A DNA stretch of 64,000 nt from Myxococcales bacterium (GTDB lineage: Bacteria; Myxococcota_A; Polyangia; Polyangiales; Polyangiaceae): assembly GCA_043747615.1 (NCBI GenBank), contig JAYTOU010000033.1:96001-160000 (forward strand), read 5' to 3'. The position numbers and the translations under genes are program-made. This document shows, in pieces, positions 45,602-55,669 of the stretch (positions are counted from its first letter, which is position 1; each line of letters starts with the position of its first letter). The notes under the pieces are model-generated. The model was not told where the DNA came from and did not search any database. It saw only the letters and a program-made list of their open reading frames with translations.

Positions 45602-47839
45602 ATGGCATTCGTACGTGAATCCGTCGTCGTCAACGGAAAGCCTCTCACTTTTGAAACCGGCCGCCTCGCCAAGCAGGCACATGGCTCGATCCTCATCACC
45701 TACGGCGAGAGCGTGGTCCTCGTCACGGCCGTCTCCGGCGATGAGCGCCCCGGCTTGGACTTTTTTCCCCTGACCTGTGAGTACGTCGAAAAGACATACG
45801 CCGCAGGGAAAATTCCGGGCGGATTCTTCAAGCGTGAAGCGCGTCAGAGGGACGAAGAAATCCTCACCTGCCGCCTGATCGATCGCCCCTGCCGGCCGCT
45901 CTTTCCGGAAGGCTTCCGTAACGACACGCAAGTCATCGCGACGGTGCTCAGCTCCGACAAGGTGAACCCCACCGATGTCCTCGCCCTCACTGGTGCGAGC
46001 GCTGCCCTTCACCTCTCGGACATCCCCTGGGCTGGCCCCATCGCAGGCGTTCGCGTGGCGCGCATCAACGGCGAGTTCATCGCCTTCCCGACCCTCGAGC
46101 AGCAAGGCCTCGCCGACATCGACCTCGCCGTCGCATGTACGAAGGATGCAATCTGCATGGTCGAAGGCGGCGCTGCGGAAGCGACCGAGGCCGACGTCAT
46201 CGACGCTCTCATGTTCGCGCACAAGACGGCGCAGCCGATCATCGAGCTCATCGAGCGCATGCGCGCTGCGGTGGGCAAAGAGAAGCGCGTCTTCACGAGG
46301 AAGGCTCTCGACACCAAGATCTCCGGCCGCGTGGCGGCGCTGTGCGACGCAGGTATTCTCGAAGCGTCGCTCATCAAGGACAAGAAGCAGCGCTACGACA
46401 CGTACAAGAGCGTCAAGACCAAGCTCGCCGAGACGCTCACCGCGGAGCTCGGCGCCGAGACCTACGCCGCCAGCGAGAAGCTCGTCAAAGAAGAGTTCGA
46501 GGAGCGAAAGTACAACGTCGTTCGCGAGTACGTACTCTCCCAGAACAAGCGCATCGACGGCCGAGCGATGAATCAGATCCGCGCCATCGCCACCGAAGTG
46601 GGCATCCTCCCGCGCGTCCACGGCTCGGCGCTCTTTCAGCGCGGCGAGACACAGGCCATCGTGACCAGCACGCTCGGCACATCGAGCGACGAGCAGAAGA
46701 TCGACGCGCTCACCGGCGAGCGATGGAAGCGCTTCATGCTCCACTACAACTTTCCCCCCTTCTCCACGGGCGAAACCAAGCCGATGCGCGGCCCCGGCCG
46801 TCGCGAGATCGGTCACGGAGCGCTCGCTGAGCGCGCGCTTTCCCGCATGATGCCGGAAGCCGAAAAATTCCCGTACACCATCCGCATCGTCTCCGAGACC
46901 CTCGAGTCGAACGGCTCTTCGTCGATGGCCGCGGTCTGCGGCGGAACGATGTCCCTCATGGACGCAGGCGTCCCGATAAAGTCGGCAGTCGCCGGTATCG
47001 CGATGGGCCTCATCTCCGACGGCAAGCGCTTCGCGATCCTCTCGGACATCCTCGGTGACGAAGATCACCTCGGCGACATGGACTTCAAGGTCTGCGGAAC
47101 CGAGCGGGGAATCACGGCCATTCAGATGGACATCAAGATCGCCGGCCTCACCCGCGAGATCCTGGCGAAGGCCCTCGATCAGGCCAAGGAAGGCCGTCTG
47201 CACATTCTCGGCAAGATGGCCGAGACCCTCGCCGCACCGCGCGCCGACCTCTCCAAGTACGCGCCGCGCATCACCACCCTCAAGGTGAAGCCGGACCAGA
47301 TCCGGATCATCATCGGCCCGGGCGGAAAGACCATCAAGGGCATCGTCGACCAGACCGGCGTCGCCATCGACGTCGAGGACGACGGCACGGTCAACGTGGC
47401 CTCGAGCGATCCAGAGGCCGTGAAGAAGGCCATCGAGATCATCAAGGGGCTCACCGCGGAGCCCGAGGTCGGAGCCGTCTACAAGGGCGCCGTCCAGCGC
47501 ATCACCGACTTCGGCGCGTTCGTCGAGCTCATGCCGGGCACCGACGGGCTCCTCCACATTTCCGAGATGGCCCACACGCGCGTCGACAAAGTCACCGACG
47601 TGATGAAGGAAGGGGACATCGTCGAAGTGAAGGTCCTCTCCGTCGAGCGCGACGGCAAAGTGCGCCTCACGCGTCGCGAGCTTCTTCCCCTCCCCGAGGG
47701 CGAAGAGGGCGAGCGCGCGAAGGAGCGCATGTTGGCCTCCCGCGAAGCCGGTCCCCCGCGCTCAAGCGGCCCCGGTGGTGGACGCGGCGGCCCTGGTGGC
47801 GATCGCGGACGCGGCGGTCCCCCGCGCGGTCGTCGGTAA
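45602..47839 (+). CDS. pnp: Polyribonucleotide nucleotidyltransferase (PNPase)
   Basis: ETGRLAKQA, DFFPLT, GKIPGGFFKRE, RREIGHG, ESNGSSSMA, GDMDFKV; KH and S1 domains; RGG tail. Confidence 0.98.
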   Translation: MAFVRESVVVNGKPLTFETGRLAKQAHGSILITYGESVVLVTAVSGDERPGLDFFPLTCEYVEKTYAAGKIPGGFFKREARQRDEEILTCRLIDRPCRPLFPEGFRNDTQVIATVLSSDKVNPTDVLALTGASAALHLSDIPWAGPIAGVRVARINGEFIAFPTLEQQGLADIDLAVACTKDAICMVEGGAAEATEADVIDALMFAHKTAQPIIELIERMRAAVGKEKRVFTRKALDTKISGRVAALCDAGILEASLIKDKKQRYDTYKSVKTKLAETLTAELGAETYAASEKLVKEEFEERKYNVVREYVLSQNKRIDGRAMNQIRAIATEVGILPRVHGSALFQRGETQAIVTSTLGTSSDEQKIDALTGERWKRFMLHYNFPPFSTGETKPMRGPGRREIGHGALAERALSRMMPEAEKFPYTIRIVSETLESNGSSSMAAVCGGTMSLMDAGVPIKSAVAGIAMGLISDGKRFAILSDILGDEDHLGDMDFKVCGTERGITAIQMDIKIAGLTREILAKALDQAKEGRLHILGKMAETLAAPRADLSKYAPRITTLKVKPDQIRIIIGPGGKTIKGIVDQTGVAIDVEDDGTVNVASSDPEAVKKAIEIIKGLTAEPEVGAVYKGAVQRITDFGAFVELMPGTDGLLHISEMAHTRVDKVTDVMKEGDIVEVKVLSVERDGKVRLTRRELLPLPEGEEGERAKERMLASREAGPPRSSGPGGGRGGPGGDRGRGGPPRGRR

Positions 47840-47851
47840 TTCAAGAACGGC

Positions 47852-49258
47852 TCAGTCCGTCGTTTTGAGCAGAAAATAGCCATTTCCGCGATCGCCCAGG
47901 GGTAGGAAGGCGATCGCGCGAAAGTGGCTCGCGAAGAGATCTGACTCCGCGAAGCGTGCTTCGAGCACGCGGGTGAAGAGCGCGTCGCGCCACGCGTCGA
48001 GGGATTCGCTCGCCCGCTTGTCGACGAAGACCAGAACGTACTCCGGCTTGCGCGCGAGAAGGAACGCGACATCCACGCGCTTCGAGGTGTGACCGCCGGG
48101 GAGCACGGCTACCTCTGGATCGGTGAGACCGGCGAGATCGACGATCGCTCCTTCCGTGGCAGCGCTTGGCCAGCCGATATCGAGTGACGCTATCGAGCGA
48201 GCGTCGTCGACGAAGGGACGCGCGTGCGCGATGAGAGCTTTGCGATCACGTTGGACGTGTCTACCCGCAGGCGCCGAGACCACCATGAAATAGGCCCCCA
48301 CGGCAATGGCCACGGTGACGCGCGCTGCCGTCGCGGCACGGTGGGCGTGCGGAGCTGCGAGCACGAACGCATAGAGAAGCGATGGAGCGATCGGTGCCAT
48401 GAGGCGCGCGTACGGCATCCAATCGCCCCCGGCGAATGCCACGGCGAGCAGATGAGCGACGCCGGCTACGGCGATGACGGACGCGCTTCTTGATCGCCTG
48501 AGCGCCAGCGGTGCGAACGCGACGAGTGGTGTGAGGGAGAGGATCGCCGCCGCGCCGACGTAGGCCACTCCGTGGGTGAGATCGCTTGGCTTGGCGAGAA
48601 GCGACAACGGCGCTGCGCGACCAAAGACGACCAGACGCGTGAGGACCGCGAGCGTGAAGGGAGCCGCGCTGGCAGCCAGCGACAAGACCCGCGCTCGCGC
48701 GGTAGCGTGCGCGACCCAGCCTGCGCCTGCGGTGAGAACGAGAGCCCACGGGAGCATCTCAGGACGGAGCGACGCGGCGAGGCCAGCGAGGATCGCGCAT
48801 GAATAAGGGCGTCTGGTGCATAGCGCCGCCGCAGTGGCCAGGGCGATGGCCAGACCGGTCTCGAGCCCGCTGACGGCGTGCGCAGCCACCGGCACGACCA
48901 GCGCGAGGAGAGCGAGCGACGCCACCTTGACCGCACGCGAAGCAGGCGCGCGACCGATGGCTCCTCCGAGCAACGCCGCCGCGCAAAGCCAGCTCACAAG
49001 ATTCATGTACTTTGCACGCATCAAGACGGTGATCGCATCACCGTGCGCGAGCGGCGCTAGCAACCATGGCCAGGGGAGCGGCGTCACGCCGTCGGTCACC
49101 GGGCCGGCGACGTTGAAGCGGTAGCCGGCACCGTCGGCGAGATGCCGCGCATAGCGCACGGGAATGAGCGCGTCATCCACCGTGAAGTTCCACAGGAAGA
49201 GCGACGGAAGGAGACCTGCGACCACGGCCATGAGCGGCCACACCGGAAGTCGCGCCAT
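47852..49258 (-). CDS. Multi-TM GT-C-like membrane protein (putative glycosyltransferase)
   Basis: VDDALIPVRYARHL..G..FN, SGLET, LRPE, GGDWMPYARL, DIG, VDLAGLTDP. Confidence 0.75.
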   Translation of the reverse strand: MARLPVWPLMAVVAGLLPSLFLWNFTVDDALIPVRYARHLADGAGYRFNVAGPVTDGVTPLPWPWLLAPLAHGDAITVLMRAKYMNLVSWLCAAALLGGAIGRAPASRAVKVASLALLALVVPVAAHAVSGLETGLAIALATAAALCTRRPYSCAILAGLAASLRPEMLPWALVLTAGAGWVAHATARARVLSLAASAAPFTLAVLTRLVVFGRAAPLSLLAKPSDLTHGVAYVGAAAILSLTPLVAFAPLALRRSRSASVIAVAGVAHLLAVAFAGGDWMPYARLMAPIAPSLLYAFVLAAPHAHRAATAARVTVAIAVGAYFMVVSAPAGRHVQRDRKALIAHARPFVDDARSIASLDIGWPSAATEGAIVDLAGLTDPEVAVLPGGHTSKRVDVAFLLARKPEYVLVFVDKRASESLDAWRDALFTRVLEARFAESDLFASHFRAIAFLPLGDRGNGYFLLKTTD

Positions 49259-49400
49259 GCGGACGCGCTACCAGCCCCTTTCGCGCGTGTCCAATCCTTG
49301 CGATTTCCGCAGAAAACTAGGGCGCGAGAGCGTCCTCTTCCTACGCTTCGTTCATCGACGCTGCGGCCTGTCCACGAGCCAGCGCGCCGACCCCCTACCC

Positions 49401-51752
49401 ATGATGCGAAGCTTCGAGATTTCCCTCGCGCCCGAGCCGTTTACGCCCGCCAATGATCCCGAGGTCGCGCCTTCATCACTGAAGCGCGCGCCTCCGTCGA
49501 CGCCGCCCGCGCGGGAGGTGCTCGACATCTTCATTGGAGGGGCGAACGTCACGGCGCGGGTCGCCGATCGTCACGCCTCCGCGGTCCTGCGCGATCTCGG
49601 CCTCGCACTGGCCACGCTCGCTCCGAAGCCGCGCGGAAAAGTGATCGTCCGGTTCTACGACGACCCTTGGGAGCTGTGCGTCGAGAGGCTGGGTGCGATC
49701 GCTCTGCTCAGCGTCTACCGTGCGGGCGGCGAACCGTACGTCGCCGTGTACGACGCGCGCGTCCCCTTCTCGGAGGTCGTCGACAGCGCCAAAAGAGCCA
49801 TTTTTCAGGCTCTTGAAAGAGGTTCGGGGCCCGCGTCCGTCATCCTCGAGCTCCGCGCCGCGCTCGATGCTCTCGAAGTTCCCGACGGCGTTGCGCTGGC
49901 CCGCGCCCTCTCTGATCCGCCGGTTTCGACCGTTACGATCGATCTCGAGCGCGACGTGCCTATTGCTTTCGGCGCCGACTTTTTCCTTCGCGACAAGACG
50001 GGTGAGCGCGCGATCGACGATGACGGCGGGAGCGCGCACGAAGCCTCGAGCGTCGAGCGCGCCGACTTGCACGCTCTTCTCTTTCGCGGACGGATGCGAG
50101 CGGAAGTTCGGGGACGCGCCGTCGATCTCGGCGAGGCCCACCCCTTCTTGGTGGCCGAGCGCCTGGTCGCCATGTCGCGGCGAGCGCTCGAAGCCTGGGA
50201 GCACGGACAGGCGCTCTTCGTCCGGTCCGAAGCGGGAGGCGTCGTGCTCGGCGTGCGGCTGACGAGCGACGGCGAAGCGGCCCTCACCCTCGGCGGCGCG
50301 GCGCATGTCACTTTTCCGTCTCTCGCCGTGCCCGATCTCGTCGAGGCCTCGCTCGCCTTCGGACGCGCGCTCGTCCGCGCTCTGCTCCGGCGTCACCGTG
50401 CCGAATGCATGAATTTACGGCTGAGCGCGTTCCGCAGGCAACTCCGCGAGATGAGCGACGCTCTGCGCGAGGTGTGCCGGGAGGACTCGAAGATCAACCT
50501 TACGCCCGGCCCCTACCGCGCCTTCGTCGAGGTCTCTGCGGCGAAGAATGGCGTGCAGCAAAGGCCGCTTCCGCCCACCCGCCTTCGCTACGTGCAGCGG
50601 TGGCGCGCGCTCGTTCCGGGGATCGATCTCCGGGGGACGTTCTTGTGCGGCGATCGTCTCCTAGTCGGCTCAGCAACCGAAACGTTCTGCCTCGACCGCG
50701 CGACCGGTGAGGTTCAGTGGCGCGTTCCTACGAGCCGCGCGACCAGCGTCGTCACGCCCGGAGGTATCGCGCGCCTCGCGCCCGATGGCGATCTCGAGGT
50801 CCTCGATTTCGGAAATGGCGAGGTCACCATGCGCACGCACCTCGCACCGCGACTCGGCGCCCCCCCGGTCGGCGCCGTCGTGCACGTGCCCGGACTCCCT
50901 CGCCTGCTCATCGTTACCGAAGGTGAGCGTCACCTCGTTGCTCTCGATCTCGCGTCCGGTGAGCCGCGCTGGCGATTCGCGTGGGGACGCGGCGGCTCTC
51001 TCCGTCTAAAGCGCCAAGGCAAGCTCCTCTACGTCGCGAGCGGAGACAGCGGGCTCGCCGCGCTCGATGTCCAAACAGGCAGTGTCGTCTGGCGCCTGCG
51101 GAATCGCCTTCGATTTCGCTCCGCGCCGACCGTCGACCACGACGCGCTCCTCGCCCTCGCCGGGGGCGTGAACTCCGCCTCCGAGCTGGTGTGCGTGGAT
51201 CCCTATTCGGGTCAGGCACGCTGGACACGAACGCTCCACGCAGGCTCGGCCCCCTGCACCGTCGAAGGAACTCCTCTCGTGTGTGGACGCGTCGTCGCCG
51301 TCGCCGTCCGCGATCGTCACGGCCTCAAGCTGATGGCCTTCGCTCTCGACACGGGAGAAGCTCTCTGGGCAACGGAGGGCCCGATCGCCCCGGTCGGTAC
51401 CTCCTGGCTCGCGGTCGACGATCTCTTCATCGGCAACTCCCCTACCGGCGAGCTCTTCGCGATCGACGCCGAGGAGGGCAAGGTCCGCTACCGCCACGTC
51501 CTCGGTCGCGTCCTCGAGTCGGACGTCCCTCGTCGCCTCGAGCCCGTGCTCCGCTCGGGCGCCCTCTTCGTCCCGCACACAGACGTCCACGTCTTTCGCC
51601 CGCACGACGGCGTCCTCTTGGGCACCATCGGCCCCTGCGATGCCATCCCCGATCTGCTTCGCGTCGACGAACGCTGCGACGTTTACATCGCCGAGGACAG
51701 CGGTCACCTCGTCTCGTTTGGCGTCGGACCTAGGCTTTCGCTCGTCAAGTGA
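49401..51752 (+). CDS. Protein with C-terminal PQQ-like (BamB-type) beta-propeller and an unknown N-terminal domain
   Basis: Repeated LDxxTGxxxW motifs (CLDRATGEVQW, ALDLASGEPRW, ALDVQTGSVVW, ALDTGEALW); start uncertain. Confidence 0.8.
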   Translation: MMRSFEISLAPEPFTPANDPEVAPSSLKRAPPSTPPAREVLDIFIGGANVTARVADRHASAVLRDLGLALATLAPKPRGKVIVRFYDDPWELCVERLGAIALLSVYRAGGEPYVAVYDARVPFSEVVDSAKRAIFQALERGSGPASVILELRAALDALEVPDGVALARALSDPPVSTVTIDLERDVPIAFGADFFLRDKTGERAIDDDGGSAHEASSVERADLHALLFRGRMRAEVRGRAVDLGEAHPFLVAERLVAMSRRALEAWEHGQALFVRSEAGGVVLGVRLTSDGEAALTLGGAAHVTFPSLAVPDLVEASLAFGRALVRALLRRHRAECMNLRLSAFRRQLREMSDALREVCREDSKINLTPGPYRAFVEVSAAKNGVQQRPLPPTRLRYVQRWRALVPGIDLRGTFLCGDRLLVGSATETFCLDRATGEVQWRVPTSRATSVVTPGGIARLAPDGDLEVLDFGNGEVTMRTHLAPRLGAPPVGAVVHVPGLPRLLIVTEGERHLVALDLASGEPRWRFAWGRGGSLRLKRQGKLLYVASGDSGLAALDVQTGSVVWRLRNRLRFRSAPTVDHDALLALAGGVNSASELVCVDPYSGQARWTRTLHAGSAPCTVEGTPLVCGRVVAVAVRDRHGLKLMAFALDTGEALWATEGPIAPVGTSWLAVDDLFIGNSPTGELFAIDAEEGKVRYRHVLGRVLESDVPRRLEPVLRSGALFVPHTDVHVFRPHDGVLLGTIGPCDAIPDLLRVDERCDVYIAEDSGHLVSFGVGPRLSLVK

Positions 51753-51773
51753 GCGCTGCGCGGGCTTCTTAGG

Positions 51774-51807
51774 CCACCCCCCCCTTTGCCCGGGCTAGGG
51801 GGTGTGG
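51774..51807. terminator. Hairpin between convergent genes
   Basis: CCACCCCCCCCT...AGGGGGTGTGG imperfect inverted repeat between the stops at 51752 and 51829. Confidence 0.35.
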
Positions 51808-51828
51808 GTTATGCCTCTGCGGCGAGGG

Positions 51829-52956
51829 TCATTCACAGTGAGCGAGTGGGATACTCCCGTCGTCGGTGACGCACGACATACCGCCGCACTTGCAATCGAA
51901 GCGAACCTTCTTGCCCGCGATGCACGTCGTGATGGTGCTGCCGTTGCACTGGTTTTGCCCGAGTGAGAAGGGGCTGCACTGATCGGTGTTGGTGACGCAG
52001 AGTGGCTTTCCCTCGGCTTGCGAGCAGCGGCGTCCGATGGCGGCGCAATCGAGCTGGGAGACTGTGGAGTTGCCGTTGCACGTCTCCACGAGGTTGCCGA
52101 CGCACTTGTTCACGAAGAGGGCGACGTTGCATTTTTGGTAGCTGCCTTCGGTCAGGCAATCGAACTTGTGGCTGGCGTCAGGACCGGCGTCGCCGCAGAC
52201 GCTTCCCACGGCTTGGCAGCTGAAGCTGACGTCGATCTGGGTGTCCTTGGCGCAGTCGTAAAAGTTTCCGGAAATCGGATCGCACGACGTCACACGGTAC
52301 GGGCAGGTTCCGAGCGGATCCAGCTGACCGCACCCCACGATGCCGCCCTCGTCGACCAGACAGCGCGCGCTCCCACCATAGCTCGCCGCCGCACAATGAA
52401 AGGCCACGCTGTCGACGCAATCGATGCCCGAGGTTCCCTCACAATGATCTTTCGCGATCGCACCGTCTGCGCCGCCGTCGCAGCGCGGGTCTCCGCTGAA
52501 GAAGGCTTCTACGGCCAGGCAGCCCGACGCCGCTTCGCATGTGGTGGCTCGCGCGATGCATTGCAGGCTCGCCTGCTGTATGCCGCGCCCAACGCGCGTT
52601 GGAGGGACCGGGCCGGCAAGCCAATTCATGCATAGTGCAAAGTTCGTATCGCTCCCGATGAGGCCGAGCGATGACTCGAAATTGAGCTCGAGATTGGGAC
52701 ACTTGAACATCCAGCTGCAGGCACGCGCAGCCTCGGTGAGCGAAAGGTAGCCGTCGTTCGTTCCGAGGCACTGGTCCACGGGCGCCGCGTCACCGTCGCT
52801 TCCTCCTTCCCCGGCATCGAATGCGTTTGCGCCGTCGGCAGCAGAAGGAACCTCGAGCCCATTGAAGACCGTGCACGACGCCACTTGCACCGTCGTCACG
52901 GCGAGCCCGAGGACGCCGGCGGTTGCGAGATGAGTTCGTAGCGAACGACGTTTCAA
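51829..52956 (-). CDS. Cys-rich lipoprotein
   Basis: TTG start overlapping the kinase stop (TTGA); hydrophobic leader ending VASC; DAG linkers; many periodically spaced Cys. Confidence 0.78.
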   Translation of the reverse strand: MKRRSLRTHLATAGVLGLAVTTVQVASCTVFNGLEVPSAADGANAFDAGEGGSDGDAAPVDQCLGTNDGYLSLTEAARACSWMFKCPNLELNFESSLGLIGSDTNFALCMNWLAGPVPPTRVGRGIQQASLQCIARATTCEAASGCLAVEAFFSGDPRCDGGADGAIAKDHCEGTSGIDCVDSVAFHCAAASYGGSARCLVDEGGIVGCGQLDPLGTCPYRVTSCDPISGNFYDCAKDTQIDVSFSCQAVGSVCGDAGPDASHKFDCLTEGSYQKCNVALFVNKCVGNLVETCNGNSTVSQLDCAAIGRRCSQAEGKPLCVTNTDQCSPFSLGQNQCNGSTITTCIAGKKVRFDCKCGGMSCVTDDGSIPLAHCE

Positions 52957-54680
52957 GGGGGGCTCCCGTACGGATTGTCTTGGAGGTCTCGCGGGCGGTC
53001 CGGAACGACGGGGCCGGTGGGGAGCTTCCTCGGAGTTTGGCCCTTGCTGAGCGGCACCACCACCAGCCGAATCTCGCGTGGCCCACGGGCATCGGCATCC
53101 GCGCGTGCCACGCGGCCACCCACGAGCTGCGCTTCGAGAAAGACCGAACCTGCCCACGGCGCCATGAACACGTGAGCGCGGCCGTTTTCGAAGTCGATTC
53201 GCCGCGCGCTCCCGCCGGTGCGAACGCTCTCGATGGGCGCATCAGCAGTCAAGACGAGCTCTACGTCGTTCGACATGCCAGGAGAAGATACGGTGGTGAC
53301 GGGCTGCAGCGGAGCGGCGACGACGATAGGCACGGGATGCGGCTCGCGTCCGAGAAACGTCGTCCCGAGCTTCAGCGCCACGCCCACGATGATCACGCCG
53401 CCGGCGATGACCCAAATCGACGCGCCCGGCCGCTGGGCCTCGGCCGCAGGCACGGCGACGTCTCTTTCGTTCGCTGCGGGTCTTGTCTTCGAGAAGGTGG
53501 GCTCGACGAGAACCGCGGACACGGTAGGGATGTGGACCCCGCTCTCGGTCTCCGGAAGCGCGCCGTAGCCCGCCGGAGATCGCGACGTGACGGGAAGCGA
53601 CGCGCTGGACGCCGTCACCGGAGGGACCTCGCGCTCCGACGATCGTACTTGTCCGTCGACGGCCGTGGGCGAGCCGTGCGCGCCGACCATCGAAAACCGG
53701 CGCTTCGGCATGCGACCTTCGAGGATGCCTTGCAGCTCCTGCGCGCGCTCGGCGAGCCGCGGCCCACAGTGCTCCACCATGAACGCAGACACTTCACGGA
53801 CGCTTGCGGGAGCGACGGCACTTTCCAGTGCGTCCAAGAACTCCGCAGCCGTCTGGTATCGCGTCTTGGGATTTCGTTCGAGCGCACGAAGGACCACTGC
53901 GTCGAGCTTGGGGGTGATCGAAGAAAGGATCGACGACGGCGCGGGAATGGGCGCGTCCATGATCCGACGCATCGTGTCGAGCTCGTTCTCGCCGCGAAAG
54001 AGGCGCTTGCCGACAAGCGCTTCGTGGAGAGTCACTCCACAAGCAAAGATGTCGACGCGCCGATCGGACGGCAACCCTGAGGCCTGTTCGGGCGCCATGT
54101 ACGCGAGCTTGCCCTTCAGGCTGCCGGTCTTGGTTTGGGTGAGTCGGTCAGCAGCGTGCGCGATCCCGAAGTCGATGAGACGGGTCGCGCCGTCTTTGCC
54201 GACGATGATGTTCTGGGGGCTCACGTCTCGGTGGACGAGCTCCATTGGCTCGCCACGCATGTCGAGTGCCTGGTGCGCGGCGTGCAGACCCGCCAGGGCG
54301 TCGGCGATGATCCGCACCACGATTCGCGCAGGGATCCCCACGTTTTTTGCTTTGCTGAGCAGCGTCGAGAGCGCCACGGATTCGATGTACTCCATCACCA
54401 GCAGGAGCTCGTTCTCGCTCTCCACAACGTCGATCACCGCCACCACGTTCGGGTGGTGAATGAGAGATGCGATACGCGCTTCATCGGTAAACATGTCCGT
54501 GAACTCGCGGTTTCCGAGGAGATGCGGATGCACGCGCTTGAGGACGACCAGCCGCTCGAAGCCCTTCGCGCCGACATGACGCGCAATGAACACAGTCGCC
54601 ATCCCGCCCGAGGCGAGCTCGAGCAGCGGCTCGTAATTGCCGAGGCGCAGAGAGTTCGCCATCGAGTCCGTGGCGCGCAT
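52953..54680 (-). CDS. Membrane Ser/Thr protein kinase
   Basis: LASGGMATV, VLKR, HRDVSPQN, DFG, GKLAYMAPE; single TM; C-terminal DNPY. Confidence 0.95.
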   Translation of the reverse strand: MRATDSMANSLRLGNYEPLLELASGGMATVFIARHVGAKGFERLVVLKRVHPHLLGNREFTDMFTDEARIASLIHHPNVVAVIDVVESENELLLVMEYIESVALSTLLSKAKNVGIPARIVVRIIADALAGLHAAHQALDMRGEPMELVHRDVSPQNIIVGKDGATRLIDFGIAHAADRLTQTKTGSLKGKLAYMAPEQASGLPSDRRVDIFACGVTLHEALVGKRLFRGENELDTMRRIMDAPIPAPSSILSSITPKLDAVVLRALERNPKTRYQTAAEFLDALESAVAPASVREVSAFMVEHCGPRLAERAQELQGILEGRMPKRRFSMVGAHGSPTAVDGQVRSSEREVPPVTASSASLPVTSRSPAGYGALPETESGVHIPTVSAVLVEPTFSKTRPAANERDVAVPAAEAQRPGASIWVIAGGVIIVGVALKLGTTFLGREPHPVPIVVAAPLQPVTTVSSPGMSNDVELVLTADAPIESVRTGGSARRIDFENGRAHVFMAPWAGSVFLEAQLVGGRVARADADARGPREIRLVVVPLSKGQTPRKLPTGPVVPDRPRDLQDNPYGSPP

Positions 54681-55615
54681 CAGTCGAAGGTCCCGCCGTA
54701 CGAGACGCTGCCCATCCCGATTCCAACGCTGCGTGCCGGCTGGGGCGCGCTCCAGTCGACGAAGAAGATCGCGGCGACGCCGGTCAGCACCGCAACGCCC
54801 GCGGTCACCCCCACGATCACGTTGGTCCGGACCTCTTTGCTGCGGCCGCTGTCGAGATTCGCCTGGGTGGGCGAGGCGTCGTATTTCGTCTTCTGGTTAT
54901 TCGTGTCGGTGCCCGACCAGACGCTCAAGGCCACACCGACGACGGTGAGCGCGGCCCCCCCATACACGGCAACCTTCGGCACGGCCTTCACCGGATTGAC
55001 GGGCGCGACCGTCGGCCGCGGGTCGTCCTCGATGGGGGCGACGACGACCACCGGAGCGGCGGGAGCGGGGACGTCGAGGGCCACGCTCGCCACCTCGCCC
55101 ACGCGCACCGTCGACGTCTGCCGAGCCTCGAGCTGCGCGGATTTTCCGGTGATCAGGTGCTCACCCGGATTTACGTAGAGGCCTAGCTCGACCTGTCCCG
55201 CCTCGAGCACCACGCCGTCCACCGCGACCGAGCCGACGCCACGCGCAGGATGAATCTCGAATTTTCCGAGCTTGAGAGCGAGCTCGCGGAGCGCGTTGGT
55301 CGCGGTGTCACGGTCGCGTGTCTGGACAGGAGCTTCGTCGAGATAGCGGGAGTACAGGTTCGCTGCCCGCGCGAGCTCACCGGCTTTTTGCCAGGCCCGC
55401 GCGGCGTTGTAGAGCGCCGAGTAGTGCGGCTTGTCGTGGTACGCCTTCTCGAACGCGTCCCCCGCGTGACGAAAGTCACCGGCCGCGTACGCACGCTGCC
55501 CTTCGGCGAACTCAACGGCCGCCCGGTGGTCGCTCGTCTCGGCGACGACATGGTGGGACCAGAGCACGGAAGCGAGCGCCAATGCCGAGATACCCGCGCG
55601 CAGAGTTAGCCCCAT
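54680..55615 (-). CDS. TPR/PEGA-type exported protein
   Basis: Signal peptide; FAEGQRAYAAGDFRHAGDAFEKAY..ALYNAARAW; PEGA-like VNPGEHLI; C-terminal YGGTF. Confidence 0.82.
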   Translation of the reverse strand: MGLTLRAGISALALASVLWSHHVVAETSDHRAAVEFAEGQRAYAAGDFRHAGDAFEKAYHDKPHYSALYNAARAWQKAGELARAANLYSRYLDEAPVQTRDRDTATNALRELALKLGKFEIHPARGVGSVAVDGVVLEAGQVELGLYVNPGEHLITGKSAQLEARQTSTVRVGEVASVALDVPAPAAPVVVVAPIEDDPRPTVAPVNPVKAVPKVAVYGGAALTVVGVALSVWSGTDTNNQKTKYDASPTQANLDSGRSKEVRTNVIVGVTAGVAVLTGVAAIFFVDWSAPQPARSVGIGMGSVSYGGTFD

Positions 55616-55669
55616 TCTTCAGCCATGGATTGTACCGACTCCCCATAAAAAAGCTCGTTTCCTGGGCCC

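Noticed and set aside
45398..47575. Long antisense ORFs (725 aa opposite pnp; similarly 39258-41339, 41385-42962, 60275-62296)
   Set aside because: Expected mirror ORFs of high-GC genes, with no recognisable motifs
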